This document shows positions 1 to 10,536 of a DNA stretch of 64,000 nucleotides, piece after piece. Location of the stretch: positions 14,111 to 78,110 of the forward strand of contig CAVVNL010000021.1 of the NCBI GenBank assembly GCA_963749565.1, given 5' to 3'. The position numbers and the translations under genes are program-made. The notes below the pieces were generated by a model. That model searched no databases. It was not told where the DNA came from and saw only the letters and a program-made list of their open reading frames with translations. This DNA comes from an uncultured Acidobacteriota bacterium (GTDB lineage: Bacteria; Acidobacteriota; Vicinamibacteria; Vicinamibacterales; CAVVIG01). Within the stretch, counting starts at the first letter, position 1; each line of letters opens with the position of its first letter.

Positions 1-1
1 G

Positions 2-451
2 CCGGCGTGGTACCTGTTCGGCGGGGCGGCGTTCCTGTACGGCGTCTTCGATCTCGTCGAACGCACGCCGCTCGAGATCGTGTTCATCGCGATGGCCTCG
101 GGGTTCGTCTATCTCAGCATCGTGCTGCACAGCCGCATGCTGCTCTTCGTCAGCACGATGGCGATCCTGGCCTACACCGGGTGGTTCACCAGCGAGCACT
201 TCACCGATTCCGTCGGCTGGCCGCTGGCACTGGTCGCGTTCGGGCTGTTCATGATCGGCCTGAGCGTCGTGGCGCTCCGAATCGATCGCCTGTATGTTCG
301 CGGGAAAGGCGGACGCGGCGCGTTAGCGGTTGAGAACATGGCAGGTCTAAAGACCTGCGCTACAAGCTCGATGACACTGCGAGGCCAAAGCCTGGAGCCT
401 CGAGCGACGGATAGTTCGATACGTCGAGCACGCCCCCGGCCTGGAACATGA
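2..451 (+). CDS. Polytopic membrane protein, C-terminal part (5' end outside window)
   Basis: Frame is open from the window edge. Hydrophobic helices are present (IVFIAMASGFVYLSIVL, MAILAYTGWF, WPLALVAFGLFMIGLSVVAL). The tail reads through hairpin 341-358 and overlaps the convergent gene, so the true stop is uncertain. Confidence 0.45.
   Translation, partial: PAWYLFGGAAFLYGVFDLVERTPLEIVFIAMASGFVYLSIVLHSRMLLFVSTMAILAYTGWFTSEHFTDSVGWPLALVAFGLFMIGLSVVALRIDRLYVRGKGGRGALAVENMAGLKTCATSSMTLRGQSLEPRATDSSIRRARPRPGT
341..358. repeat. Small REP-like stem-loop GCAGGTC-TAAA-GACCTGC between convergent genes
   Basis: Perfect 7-bp stem with a 4-nt loop, directly 3' of the minus-strand stop at 360. Same design as the elements at 13213-13292, 18972-18989 and 26157-26212. 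Confidence 0.7.
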
Positions 452-1495
452 GCGGCGGATCGCAGACGTCGCGCGCCAGCAGCCACGTCCCGAATGCTCC
501 TTCCTGGGCAATCAACCGATCGCCGGCCGCGACGGCGACCGTCAGCCCCGCGCGGGTAAGCAGGCTGGTCTCGCCGACTTGCGCACCGACAATCAGGCCG
601 ATGCCAGCCGCGCGTGACGCGCGGACAACCGCCAGCGATCGGAGCAACCCGCCCATCTTGGAAACCCGGAGGTTGATGAGCCAGCGGGCCGGCCTGTCGC
701 GCAGCAGGGCGATCTGGACAATCTGGGCGGCGCGCAGAAGGCTTTCGTCCAGGACGATCTGGCAATCGAGCATTTCGCCGATGCGGGCCAGCTCATCGTA
801 CTGATTCGGACGAAGCGGCTCCTCGATCGCGAAAAACGGATAGTCGAGCGCGCGGAGAAACCCGGCCGCCTCCCCGGCGCTGTTCCAGAGATTATTCGCG
901 TCAACCCTGATCCTGAGGCCCTGCGTGTTCCAGCCGCGAAACACCTCGATGTGCTCCCGATCGCGTTCGAGGTTGCCGGACAGCTTCAGCTTGAAATCAG
1001 TGAACCCATACTGGCGATACCGCTCAGCGGTGGCGCGGAACACATCGGCGTCTGCGTCGCCGGCCACGGCCGTGTACGTGAATCGACGGCCTCGCAGGCT
1101 TGGCAGAGACAAGTAAAGCCTCCATCGTCTGGTCGGCGGTCCTTGGCGAAGACGTCGAGGATCGCCAGCTCGATCGCACACCAGGCCGCCGGGTTTCGGT
1201 CGAGATCCTCCGCATGGAACGTCATCCAGGCCTCGAGCGACGCCAGGTCCACAACCTGGTCGCGCAATCCGGCTTCGTGCCGCGAAAAAAAGGCAGCCGC
1301 CGTCTCGAGCGTCTCTCCGGTGACGTAAGGCCTCGGACACGCTTCGCCGTAACCCGTGGCGCCTGCTTCGGAGACAGCCTCGACCCAGAGACTCGACGTC
1401 TCGGTCCGCTCGGCGGAGGCGTGACGAAATCCAGCCTTGAACGGAATCTCGAGAGACTTGATCTGGAGACGGCAAATCACGGTGCGTCCCGGCAT
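360..1495 (-). CDS. Enolase-superfamily enzyme, MLE subgroup (dipeptide epimerase / N-acylamino-acid racemase-like)
   Basis: The N-terminal capping domain lies in the ORF 986-1642 frame (MPGRTVICRLQIKSLEIPFK..., ATG at 1495). The barrel lies in the ORF 360-1475 frame with FKLKLSG (KxK), RVDANN, IEEP, VLDES and RVSKMGG. There is a frame break near 1100. Confidence 0.8.
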
Positions 1496-1503
1496 GGCGT
1501 GTT

Positions 1504-3151
1504 TCAGGAAATCACGTACTCGTCGAACGACAGCACGAGGTCCTTGCGGTATTGGACGACCGCCGGCTTGAACTGACCTTCGCGCTGCCCCCGGCCAACG
1601 CACGCCGCCTTGTAGGCTTCGGCCGCCCCCGGCCTGAGCCACGCGACGCTGAGTGCCCCGAGCCGGCCGCTCGCCCGCTTGCTGTCGTACTCGATATTGA
1701 GCTCGCCGAGGCGCCGGTCGACCGCCACGGCGATCGTCTGCGCATCGGGAGGCGTTCGGTCTTCCGACTCGATATACAGGCGATACGCCGACCGCTCGTC
1801 GTCGGCGACCAGCACGAAAAACGCTGGCGCCATGCCGAACCGCGATCCGACGTCACGAACCGCCTGGATGGTTTGCGCCTCGTACACCTTCTCGCCGGTG
1901 AGGCTGGTCACACCCTTGCCCTTCTGAACGAAGCGCAACAGCGGCGTTCGATGAAAGATGTCTGTGACCTCGATCAGGTCGTTCATGAAGTAGCGGTACA
2001 AGCCTGACATCGTGGTGATCAGGATGTAGTAACGCCTGCCGGCTTCGAGGCGATCCAGCGTGAGCGATTCCGGGTTGCCGCCGTCCCACTGGTCCTGTTC
2101 CACGAATTCGAAAAAATGATGGTGCAGCGGAGGCAAGCCGCCCGGCGTTTCGGCACTGAGCGGGATCGTGCCCCTGAACTCGGTCGCCTGATAACCGAGC
2201 TCCATGACCGCGGCGCCGGGAGGCAGCTTCTCGCGCAGCCTGTCGAGGCGCGATGCCGCAGCTCCCACCCGTCCAGGTCGTGACGAGCCGGATGCCGGGC
2301 CAGACGTTCGCAAACGTCAGCGCCGGCATGCCTCGCAGGCGCGCCGCGATCGCGGGGCGAGGCTTCAACCGGCCCGTGACGACATCGCGCAGCGGGGCGT
2401 CGACATTCTCGAGGGCATCGAGGCGGCCGGTCTCGAGCGCCCGCAGGAGCACATCGCGTCGAGCGTTCAGCACGTCCAGCAGGCGAAGAAACGTACTCGG
2501 GTTCGGTGAACCCATGTAGGTGATGCCGGGCTGGGCGAGGGCGAGGCTCACGATGACGAGGTACTTCAGATCGTAGTCCGTCAGGCTCGACACCTCGGGA
2601 GGGATGACCAGGCGCGATTGAACGACGCGGGGCAGAGCCTGATAGAGATGTCCGGATACGGAGCCGACGACGTGGCCGGAATCGAGACGGCCCTCGACGG
2701 CCGCGCCCATGATGCCGAGGGCCTTTCCCGCGAACGCCTCCGGACACGCGCGCCATTGCAGATAGGAAAACAGGGCCTGCTCGGCTCGATGGGCGGCGAG
2801 CATGTCCGGCGTGATCGGAATGAGTTTGGGCGCGCCGGTGGTGCCGCTCGTTTGCGCGTAGAACAACGGAGCTTCCATCGTGAGCGCCTGCACGCCGGTA
2901 CGGCGCTGTTCGTCCACGTAGGGGCGCAGCATCTCGTAGTCCTGCACGGGCACCCGCTCGCGAAACTGCGCGGCCGTTCGAATGTCGGCAAATCCATGGT
3001 CGATGCCGAACCGGGTGCGCTGATTCGCGGCGAGCAACCTGCGCAGCACATCGAGCTGCGCGACATCGGGCTGGTGCGCCATCCGTTCGACAGGGCGCCA
3101 GTACCGGTGCTCGTACCAGCGCATCGCCGCGCCCAGCAAGAGCCCGCCCAT
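1504..3151 (-). CDS. Bacterial GH3-family protein (ATP-dependent acyl-acid amido synthetase fold)
   Basis: N-part in ORF 1853-3151 (…FYAQTSGTTGAPKLIPIT…) and C-part in ORF 1504-2313 (…YRYFMNDLIEV…, …SKRASGRLGAL…). There is one frame break near 2270. The stop is 8 nt before the next gene start. Confidence 0.8.
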
Positions 3152-3161
3152 CTATGCGTTC

Positions 3162-4028
3162 CTACCGGATGAACGGCGCCCGCATGAGGCTGAGAAACGA
3201 CCGTGGGTACTCGCGATCCTGCAGACCAAGATCTTCGACCTCGCGTTCCCTGGGCAGGTACCACGTGCCGAAGAGCACGTCCCACACAATCACCGTGTTG
3301 CCGTAGTTGGCGTTCGACTCCTTTGGCGCGCGGGAGTGATGCCAGCGGTGGGTTTCGGCGCTGCCGACGATGTAGTTGAGCAGGCCGTAGTGGAGCCGGA
3401 TGTTGCAGTGCTGAAAAAAGCCGTTGGTCGCGTAGGAGATGTAGTACAGCGCGAGCACGCGTGCATCAACCTGCATGAGCAGGAACGGCAGGCTGTCGAA
3501 ACACATCTGCAACGCTTTCTCGATCGGATGGAAGCGCGAGGTGTTCAACCAATACAGCTGCTCGACAGAGTGGTGGACGGAATGCAGCCGCCAGAGCGTC
3601 GGGCTCTCGTGCGACGCACGGTGCAGCCAGTAACGCAGAAAGTCCACCGCCAGGACCATGAGTACCGCCTGCAGCCAGATCGGCCAGCGGTGCGGCCAGA
3701 TGACGGCGATCGGCAGATCGAGTGCGCGCGCCGGCGCGATCAACGCGTACGTGAACAGGAAGCCCATGAGAGGAGGAAATGCCAGCTGCACCACGACCAT
3801 GAAGGTCAGGTCGGTCCTGACCTCGCCCGTGACCGGCCGCCAGTCCAATCGGTGCGGGAACTTCGCCTCGAGCCACGTCACCAGGGCCGCGGTGACCAGG
3901 ACGGGAACGTAGGTGCTGACGATCAGCGATGCGCCCTGGCGCTGCAGCAACGCGAACTGCACGAACGCCAGGATCATCACCCCCGGATAGATCAGCCACG
4001 GAGCCGCTTTCTCCATCCCCGCAGTCAT
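3162..4028 (-). CDS. Fatty-acid hydroxylase / sterol-desaturase superfamily membrane enzyme
   Basis: Intact 288-aa ORF. N-terminal TM helices are followed by histidine boxes HRASH, HSVHH and HRWHH. Confidence 0.85.
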   Translation of the reverse strand: MTAGMEKAAPWLIYPGVMILAFVQFALLQRQGASLIVSTYVPVLVTAALVTWLEAKFPHRLDWRPVTGEVRTDLTFMVVVQLAFPPLMGFLFTYALIAPARALDLPIAVIWPHRWPIWLQAVLMVLAVDFLRYWLHRASHESPTLWRLHSVHHSVEQLYWLNTSRFHPIEKALQMCFDSLPFLLMQVDARVLALYYISYATNGFFQHCNIRLHYGLLNYIVGSAETHRWHHSRAPKESNANYGNTVIVWDVLFGTWYLPREREVEDLGLQDREYPRSFLSLMRAPFIR

Positions 4029-4048
4029 CGTACCGATTGTGGCTCATT

Positions 4049-5311
4049 TCATTCCGGCAGCTCGCGCAATCGCCGCTCGAGAAAGCGCCGCTCGGGTTCC
4101 TGCAGAGTCAGCGCGAGGGCTCGCTGGTACGAGGCCCTGGCCTCCGCGGTCCTTCCCAACCTCCTGCACAGGTCCGCGCGCGCCGAGTGCGCCAGGCGGT
4201 AGTCGTCGAGATCGCCCCGCGCCAGGATCGCGTCGATCAGCGCCAGGCCTGCCGCCGGCCCGTCGCGCATCGCAACCGCCGCGGCGCGGTTCAGCAGGAC
4301 GACGGGCGACGGGTCCGCCCGCGCCAGCACATCGTACAGCCCGACGATCTGCGCCCAGTCGGTTGCCCCGGCATCCTGCGCCTCGGCGTGGACCGCGGCA
4401 ATCGCCGCCTGAAGCGTGTACGGGCCGAAGCGTCGCGACGACAACGCCCGCTCCACCAGCGCAGAGCCCTCGGCGATGTGGTCGCGGCTCCAGAGCGAGC
4501 GGTCCTGCTCGTCGAGCAGCACGAGCTCGCCGGCCGCCGACGATCGCGCCGGGCGCCTCGCCTCGTGGAGCAGCATCAGCGCCAGCAGCCCTTCCGCTTC
4601 GGGCTCGGGCAGCAGCTCGACGAGCAGCCGCATCAGGCGGATCGCTTCGCCCGAAAGATCGTGGCGCGTCAGCGAGGCGCCAGACGAAGCCGAGTACCCT
4701 TCGTTGAACACCAGATAGATCACGTGGAGAACCGTATCCAGGCGGCCCGGCAGGTCGGCGCGCGACGGCACCTGATACGGAATGCGCGCGTCACGGATCT
4801 TCGCCTTGGCGCGGACGATCCGCTGCGCGACGGTCGAAGGAATAGTAAGAAACGCCCGCGCGATTTCCTCGGTGGTGAGGCCGCACACCTCGCGGAGCGT
4901 GAGCGCGATCTGCGCATCGGGCGGAAGGGCCGGATGGCAGCAGGTGAAGATGAGGCGCAGCCGATCGTCCTCGACGCCGTCGTGTTCGAGGTGTTCGAGC
5001 TCCGCAGCGCTGCCCGCCCTCGCCTCGAGCTGCTCGGCGAGCCCCGAGAGCGACGCCTGGAACCGGGCACGGCGGCGGAGGGCGTCGATCGCCTTGAACC
5101 GGCCGGTCGAAACGAGCCACGCCCGCGGGTTGTCAGGCACGCCGTCCTGCGGCCAGCGTTCCACCGCGGCCGCGAACGCGTCGTGAAGCGCCTCCTCGGC
5201 GAGGTCGAAATCGCCGAGCAGGCGAATCAAGGTGGCGAGGACGCGGCGCGAGTCGGAACGGTAGACAGCATCTACCGCCTCGCGGGCTCGTTGGGCTGCG
5301 TCCTCGCTCAC
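4049..5311 (-). CDS. ECF sigma factor with long C-terminal helical/TPR-like extension (ECF42-type)
   Basis: Sigma-70 region 2/4 core (…RRVLATLIRLLGDFDLAEEALHDAF…, …LTLREVCGLTTEEIARAFL…) plus a C-terminal extension of about 230 aa. GTG start at 5311 was chosen because the upstream part of ORF 4049-5827 overlaps the YciI-like gene. Confidence 0.8.
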   Translation of the reverse strand: MSEDAAQRAREAVDAVYRSDSRRVLATLIRLLGDFDLAEEALHDAFAAAVERWPQDGVPDNPRAWLVSTGRFKAIDALRRRARFQASLSGLAEQLEARAGSAAELEHLEHDGVEDDRLRLIFTCCHPALPPDAQIALTLREVCGLTTEEIARAFLTIPSTVAQRIVRAKAKIRDARIPYQVPSRADLPGRLDTVLHVIYLVFNEGYSASSGASLTRHDLSGEAIRLMRLLVELLPEPEAEGLLALMLLHEARRPARSSAAGELVLLDEQDRSLWSRDHIAEGSALVERALSSRRFGPYTLQAAIAAVHAEAQDAGATDWAQIVGLYDVLARADPSPVVLLNRAAAVAMRDGPAAGLALIDAILARGDLDDYRLAHSARADLCRRLGRTAEARASYQRALALTLQEPERRFLERRLRELPE

Positions 5312-5328
5312 GAATGGCAAGGCTGCCG

Positions 5329-5685
5329 CTATGGCTGATCGAAGGTCATGACGGGCCGCACCTCGACGCTGCCCGTGCGAGCCGACGGGATCTTCGAGGC
5401 CACCTGGATGGCGTCGTTCAGGTCCCTCGCTTCGATGTAGTAGAACCCGCCCAGCTGCTCCTTGGTCTCGGCGAATGGACCGTCCGTCGTCGACACCTTG
5501 CCGTTGCGGATCCGCACGGTCGTGGCTGTGTGAACGGGCTGGAGAGCCTCCCCGCCCAGGTACTGGCCGCTCTTCCGGATCCCTTCCGTAAAAGCGAAGT
5601 ATTCCCCCATGAAGGCATCCGATTCGCTCTTCGACATGGTCCCCATCGTCTTCTCGTCGTCGTATATCAGGCACAGATACTTCAT
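5329..5685 (-). CDS. YciI/DGPF-domain protein
   Basis: MKYLCLIYDDEK… …DGPFAETKEQLGGFYYIEA… (DGPF motif). AGGAGG lies 6 nt upstream of the ATG at 5685. This is the usual neighbour of ECF42-type sigma factors. Confidence 0.85.
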   Translation of the reverse strand: MKYLCLIYDDEKTMGTMSKSESDAFMGEYFAFTEGIRKSGQYLGGEALQPVHTATTVRIRNGKVSTTDGPFAETKEQLGGFYYIEARDLNDAIQVASKIPSARTGSVEVRPVMTFDQP

Positions 5686-5748
5686 CGCGTCCTCCTGCCA
5701 GATAGTCGTTCGGGGATCCGTCGAATTCGACACGCCGGCAAGACCGGC

Positions 5749-7738
5749 CTACCGGATTTTTCCCAAAGGCTGAGCGACGCGCTCCCTCGGCAGCAGCCGG
5801 TAGAGTCGCGTGTCCTTCCCCTGCCACGGGTCGACGCCAATCAGCTCGAAATCGCGACGCCGGTCCATGGCCGCCACGGTTCTCTGATATTCGTCCTGCC
5901 TTTCGTACAGCGCGCCGTGCACGATGATGAAGTCCACGTCCCGCCGCCGCAGCTCGGCGATGGATTCTTCGTCAGGGAATTTCTGCACGAGGCCGAGCAG
6001 GCGGGCGTACCGAGGGAGGACTGAACCCGCTGTACCCGTTCACCAGCGTGTGCCAGTGAAATGTCGAAAAGTACATGTAGACCGGTTCCAGGTAGATGTC
6101 CGGCGACTTGAGCGGCAGCTCCATCAGCACGCTCGGCGGCTCGTCGACGCAGCCGCTGGTAGACAGGTGGAGGCGACGCCTGGACATGGCCCAATATCAG
6201 CGTTGACCGGTATTCGGCGAAGATCAGAAGCGCAACGGCCAGCGTCATGACGGATGCCACGCGCCGGGTACGCCGCGCCGCGACGCGCGCGACTCCATAT
6301 CCCACCAGAATCGACAGCGAGAGGCCAACGAGCAATGGCCATTCGAGCCGGCACCCGGAGTCCCCTGTAGGGGGGAACGTACGCGTGCAGCCACTCGTAT
6401 GAAAAGCCGTTGAAGCCAAGCGACACGTCGAAGGCCAGCACGCGTGGCCAGCAGGTAGCCGATCCTTGCCGCCGACATCGGCGGCCAGAGCCCCACCAGC
6501 GCGACCAGCGGCACGAAAAACCCTTGAAACAGCTCCCGTTCCTGCTGGCCCAGTCCTTCGGTGAGCAGGCCGAAGGCGTCGTTCCGGCGATGCGCCGCCA
6601 GATAGTTCTGCGGCGTGGCGCTATAGAACGCGATCTCGGTCAGGGGACGCTCCCCTACCGATTGCCTCGCGGCCGAATAGGGGAACGCGAGCGGCGCGAC
6701 AAGGACACCCGCGAGTGCCGCGCCAGCCAGCAGCGGCCTGATAGCGCCAATGGCGCGGTCGCGCCCGGCCGCGATTAGCAGAACCCCGGCGAACGGCACC
6801 ATGAACGTCGCGAAGAAGATGCCGTAGTAGATGGACGACAGGGTCTGCAGCGCGAAGAAGAGGCCGGTCAGCACCCCGTCCCGAAGGCGTCCACTCTTCA
6901 GCGTCCGGTGAAAGGCCCACAAGCAGAGTGGCATCCACTGCGCCATCTGCAGCTCGAGGTGGGCGTAGTGCATGTAACGGTACGGCAGGAACGCGAAGAC
7001 GAAGCCAGCCACGAGCGCCGCGCCGATCTGCCCGGTCAGGGATCGGACCAGCACGAACATCCCGATTCCAGACAGGGCGAAGCCGGAAAGAAGCAGCAGG
7101 TTGTACACGACGAGCTGCGGCACGCCCAGCCAGATCAGCGGCGCAACGGTGAGCGCCGGCACCAGCGCCGCATCGGAGAAGGCCAGCGTGTACCGCGCCG
7201 GATGGAAGATGTTGCCGTCGAACAAATGGAGCGGATCGCGCGTGATCTGGTGCGCAACCCACGAGATGCGCCAGGTCGAGAACAGCGGGTCGCCGATGTC
7301 GGGGCTGACGCCTGTGTCGAGATGCCGAACCTGGGGGTAGGTCATGAACACCGTCAGCCCCGCAAAGAGCAGCGCCAGCCCCGCGGCCGTAAGCAGCCGA
7401 TGCCGTCGTTGCGTGCCACGGATCCAGGCGTGCGTGCTTTGCGCGTCCGGGTCGAGATCATCGTCGCGAAGCGGCCCGGCGGCCAGGGCCATATCGCGCA
7501 CCGAGTTGAAGATCCACTCGGGCAGGGCCGGGCGAGCCACGACGAGATGGCGGACGGCCAGGATGACCGAGGCCCAGAGGAGAATACGCGGCGTGGACCG
7601 GATGGCGAGCCTTAGGCCCAGCGGTCGAGCGATAAAACCGCCCTCGACCCATACGTAGGCAGCAACGGCGAGCAGGCAGAGCACAGCAATATCCGCGGCC
7701 AGCACCCACGGCCCGAATCGTTCACGACGATTGGTCAC
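5749..7738 (-). CDS. Large polytopic membrane protein, GT-C/PMT-like glycosyltransferase candidate (fragmented)
   Basis: The N-terminal 400 aa or so are multi-TM (ORF 6245-7738). The continuation is spread over ORFs 6124-6441, 5841-6419, 5972-6187 and 5749-5988 (…YFSTFHWHTLVNGYSGFSPP…, …FPDEESIAELRRRDVDFIIVH…). There are at least four frame breaks between 5970 and 6440. Confidence 0.55.
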
Positions 7739-7818
7739 CCGTTTATTCTAGCGGAGGGATCGGAGCAACGTGCTCTCCTGATGAGCGCACGCCACGCACG
7801 GACCTGCTCGCACGCTAA

Positions 7819-10122
7819 TCAAAAATCGAACAGGTTTGTCAGCTTGACGATGAGCGAGCGCTCCACGAGCTCACCGAGCGACGTGTCCCGGCGGTCGTTG
7901 TACACAACGTAGAGGTCGCTCAACGGGTGATGGATGAAATTGAACCGGATGTTCGAGCTGACCTGGCGGGTGTCGGCGTTGTACTGGACGAACGCATTCA
8001 GAGAGGCCCTGCCGGTGAAGGCATACACCAGACGCATGCCGACCAGATCGGTTGTGAACGCGCCGGTCGGCAATGTCACGTCATTGCGGCTGTAGCTCAG
8101 GTCGATGGCGAGGTGATAGTTCGGCGTGACACCCAAACCGCCGCCGAACGATTGACGGCTGCCATCCCAGAACTCGCCCCAGCTGACATTGCCGCTTCCC
8201 GATAGCTTTCGGCTTTGATTGGTACTGAAGCTCGCCGTATGGGCGAGGTAGCTGTAGTCTCCGGCGGGAACGATCACTCGATTGATTCGCGTGTCCTCTA
8301 CCAGCCGATCGAACGTTTGATTGATGTTGTAATTGACGGCTCCGCTGTTCTCGAACTGGATTCCGAGGTTCACTTCCTCGATTCTGGTCTCGATGGATCC
8401 ATTCCCGTCTTCGTAGTAGTCGAGGTTGGCGCCAAAGTCGAGATTTCGAATCGTCTGGCTCCTTCTCAACTGCGGTCTCCACGCGAATTCACCCGTGTAC
8501 TGTGAAAAATTGCCGCGTCGAAGGAATCCCACCTCGGGATTGAAATTCGCCCCAACGGCGTTGTACTCCGTGGCAAGGATCAGCTCGTCGTCCTGCCAGG
8601 CGACGCCAAGCCTCCTTGCGTGGTCCTTGCCCGCCCTGCCAGGAGTCTCGCTTCGGAGGAAATAGCCGTTGAACTGCCATTTGTCCAATTCGAAGAAAGC
8701 ATCCGTCCCATAGACGCGGTTGTGGTCGTCCGGAACGGCCGAGTCGCGGCTGGTGACAAGTGCGCCAACAAAAGAATTCGTCAACAGATTCCGTCTCACG
8801 CGCCCCACCACGTAGTTGTTGGATGGGGTCGACAGCTCATTGCCTGACGCGTCGCGCGTCTCGAGACCGTCGGTCTTCATCGTGAGAAAGCCCACGTCGT
8901 AGGCGCCGCCCACTTTCCCTGAGAGGCGCGCTCCTCCGATAATCGGAATCGGAGTGCCGGCAGGGCTCAGGCCTATCTGGCGGCTGTAGAACGGCGACAG
9001 GTTGCCGCTGGCTCCGGTGGAGCTTCCCCCGCCCGTGGTACGGCCCGTGCCGCCGCCGCCGCCGCCGAAGCCGAAGTTGCCGGCGTTCTCGATGAAGAAG
9101 TCGCGCTTCTCGGGAAAGAACAGGCTGAACCGCGTCAGGTTGACCTGCTGCTGGTCCACTTCCACCTGCGCGAAATCCGTATGATAGGTGCCATCGAGCG
9201 TCAGCGACGGACCGACGCCGTACTTGATATCCACTCCGCCGTCGTAATCCTTGATTCGTCCGAGGGACTGTACGAGCGTCGTGGTTGACGCCGGTGTCCC
9301 CAGCCCCGTACGAACCTGGGTGCTTCCACCCGCCACATACGGCTTGATCTTGAGATTGCGACCCGGGCGGATGTTTTCCAGGCCGGTCAGGGTCCCGGCA
9401 AGCGATATCTTGCTGATCGCCCTGTAGCGAATCGGGATCGGCGCCCACTGGCTGTCTTCGTTTCGACGAAGTATCTTTCGACCCAGGTTGAGCCCCCACT
9501 CCTGCGTGGGTTCGTTCGAGAACCGGAAGGTCGTGAAGGGGATGACGAACTCCGCGATCCACCCGTCCTCCTGCACGGTGACCTTGACGTCCCACACTCC
9601 ATCCCAGTCGTTGTTATATTGACCGTCGTTGGATATCTGCGAGTCGCGCTTCGCGCCTGCGGCATTGGTGGCGAATTGATAGCCGTTCTGCCGATCGTGA
9701 AGGCTGTCGATCACCAGGGTCGCGACGTCCGAGCTCGTCGGGCTGAAGTCCTCCTTGATCTCGGTGACCGTTCTGCGGGCCATCTCCGAATCCCACGAGT
9801 GGAAGGCGACGTACAGATTGTCGTCGTCGTAGAGAAAGCGGACCTCGGTGGGCTCGGGCGATAACTCGCCGGGATCCGGCGCGAACTGGTAAAAGTCCTT
9901 GGCCGGAGCCGCCAGCTTCCAGGCGGGCTCTTCCACGTGTCCGTCGATGGTGATCTTCTCGCTGATGCGAATGGCCCTGACGACCTTGGTTGCGCGAACC
10001 GCCTCGTAGTCGAGCTCACTCCCGCCATTGCCATTGCCACCGGGCCTGCCAGGAGGTGCTTGCGCAAACGCCGATGCGGCGGCGACGAGCCACGCTGCCG
10101 CAACTCCGCAGGCCTGTTTCAT
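7819..10122 (-). CDS. DUF5916/CBM9-like outer-membrane beta-barrel protein
   Basis: Intact 767 aa. It has a signal peptide (…AAASAFAQA), an N-terminal CBM9-like module (ITIDGHVEEPAWK…FLYDDDNLYVAF), a long beta-rich C-terminal part and a terminal …LTNLFDF. Confidence 0.75.
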   Translation of the reverse strand: MKQACGVAAAWLVAAASAFAQAPPGRPGGNGNGGSELDYEAVRATKVVRAIRISEKITIDGHVEEPAWKLAAPAKDFYQFAPDPGELSPEPTEVRFLYDDDNLYVAFHSWDSEMARRTVTEIKEDFSPTSSDVATLVIDSLHDRQNGYQFATNAAGAKRDSQISNDGQYNNDWDGVWDVKVTVQEDGWIAEFVIPFTTFRFSNEPTQEWGLNLGRKILRRNEDSQWAPIPIRYRAISKISLAGTLTGLENIRPGRNLKIKPYVAGGSTQVRTGLGTPASTTTLVQSLGRIKDYDGGVDIKYGVGPSLTLDGTYHTDFAQVEVDQQQVNLTRFSLFFPEKRDFFIENAGNFGFGGGGGGTGRTTGGGSSTGASGNLSPFYSRQIGLSPAGTPIPIIGGARLSGKVGGAYDVGFLTMKTDGLETRDASGNELSTPSNNYVVGRVRRNLLTNSFVGALVTSRDSAVPDDHNRVYGTDAFFELDKWQFNGYFLRSETPGRAGKDHARRLGVAWQDDELILATEYNAVGANFNPEVGFLRRGNFSQYTGEFAWRPQLRRSQTIRNLDFGANLDYYEDGNGSIETRIEEVNLGIQFENSGAVNYNINQTFDRLVEDTRINRVIVPAGDYSYLAHTASFSTNQSRKLSGSGNVSWGEFWDGSRQSFGGGLGVTPNYHLAIDLSYSRNDVTLPTGAFTTDLVGMRLVYAFTGRASLNAFVQYNADTRQVSSNIRFNFIHHPLSDLYVVYNDRRDTSLGELVERSLIVKLTNLFDF

Positions 10123-10131
10123 GGCGCCAGG

Positions 10132-10533
10132 CTACTGATCGATCGCCTGGCCGGTCATGGTCAGGACTTTGCCCGTCGGCAGCTTCGCATTCATGAACAT
10201 CCCGCCGTTCGAGCCATCTCTCATGGGACGGTAGGTGACGGTGATTGCATCGCCGGGCTTCAGCGTCGATTTGCTCCAGCCGCGGCGCGCCAGATAATTG
10301 GGACTCATTCCTTCGAACCCGAACGTCTCGACGGTTCCCTGGCCGTTCGACACGTCGACCCAGATCCAGGTGTGGGGATTGGTCCAGTCGACCTGCTTCA
10401 CCGTGCCGGAGATCGTCTTCTCGGTCGTTGTGATGAAGGCGGCGAAAGAGTGATGGGCTGACGCCGCTGACCCTGTTCCCAGGGCGACGGCAGCTGCCAG
10501 ACCCGCGGCCATGAGGATCTTCTTCATGAACAA
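10132..10533 (-). CDS. DUF6152-like small secreted protein (copy 1)
   Basis: Signal peptide ending …GSAASA, followed by HHSFAAF. Homologous to 15045-15452 (shared HHSFAA, NPH.W, FEG, GD..TV). Confidence 0.7.
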   Translation of the reverse strand: MFMKKILMAAGLAAAVALGTGSAASAHHSFAAFITTTEKTISGTVKQVDWTNPHTWIWVDVSNGQGTVETFGFEGMSPNYLARRGWSKSTLKPGDAITVTYRPMRDGSNGGMFMNAKLPTGKVLTMTGQAIDQ

Positions 10534-10536
10534 CCC

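Noticed and set aside
5312-5827. The upstream extension of the sigma-factor ORF (4049-5827) could be coding.
   Set aside because: It overlaps the well-supported YciI/DGPF gene in another frame and has no sigma-like sequence. The GTG at 5311 gives the expected ECF42 length of about 420 aa.
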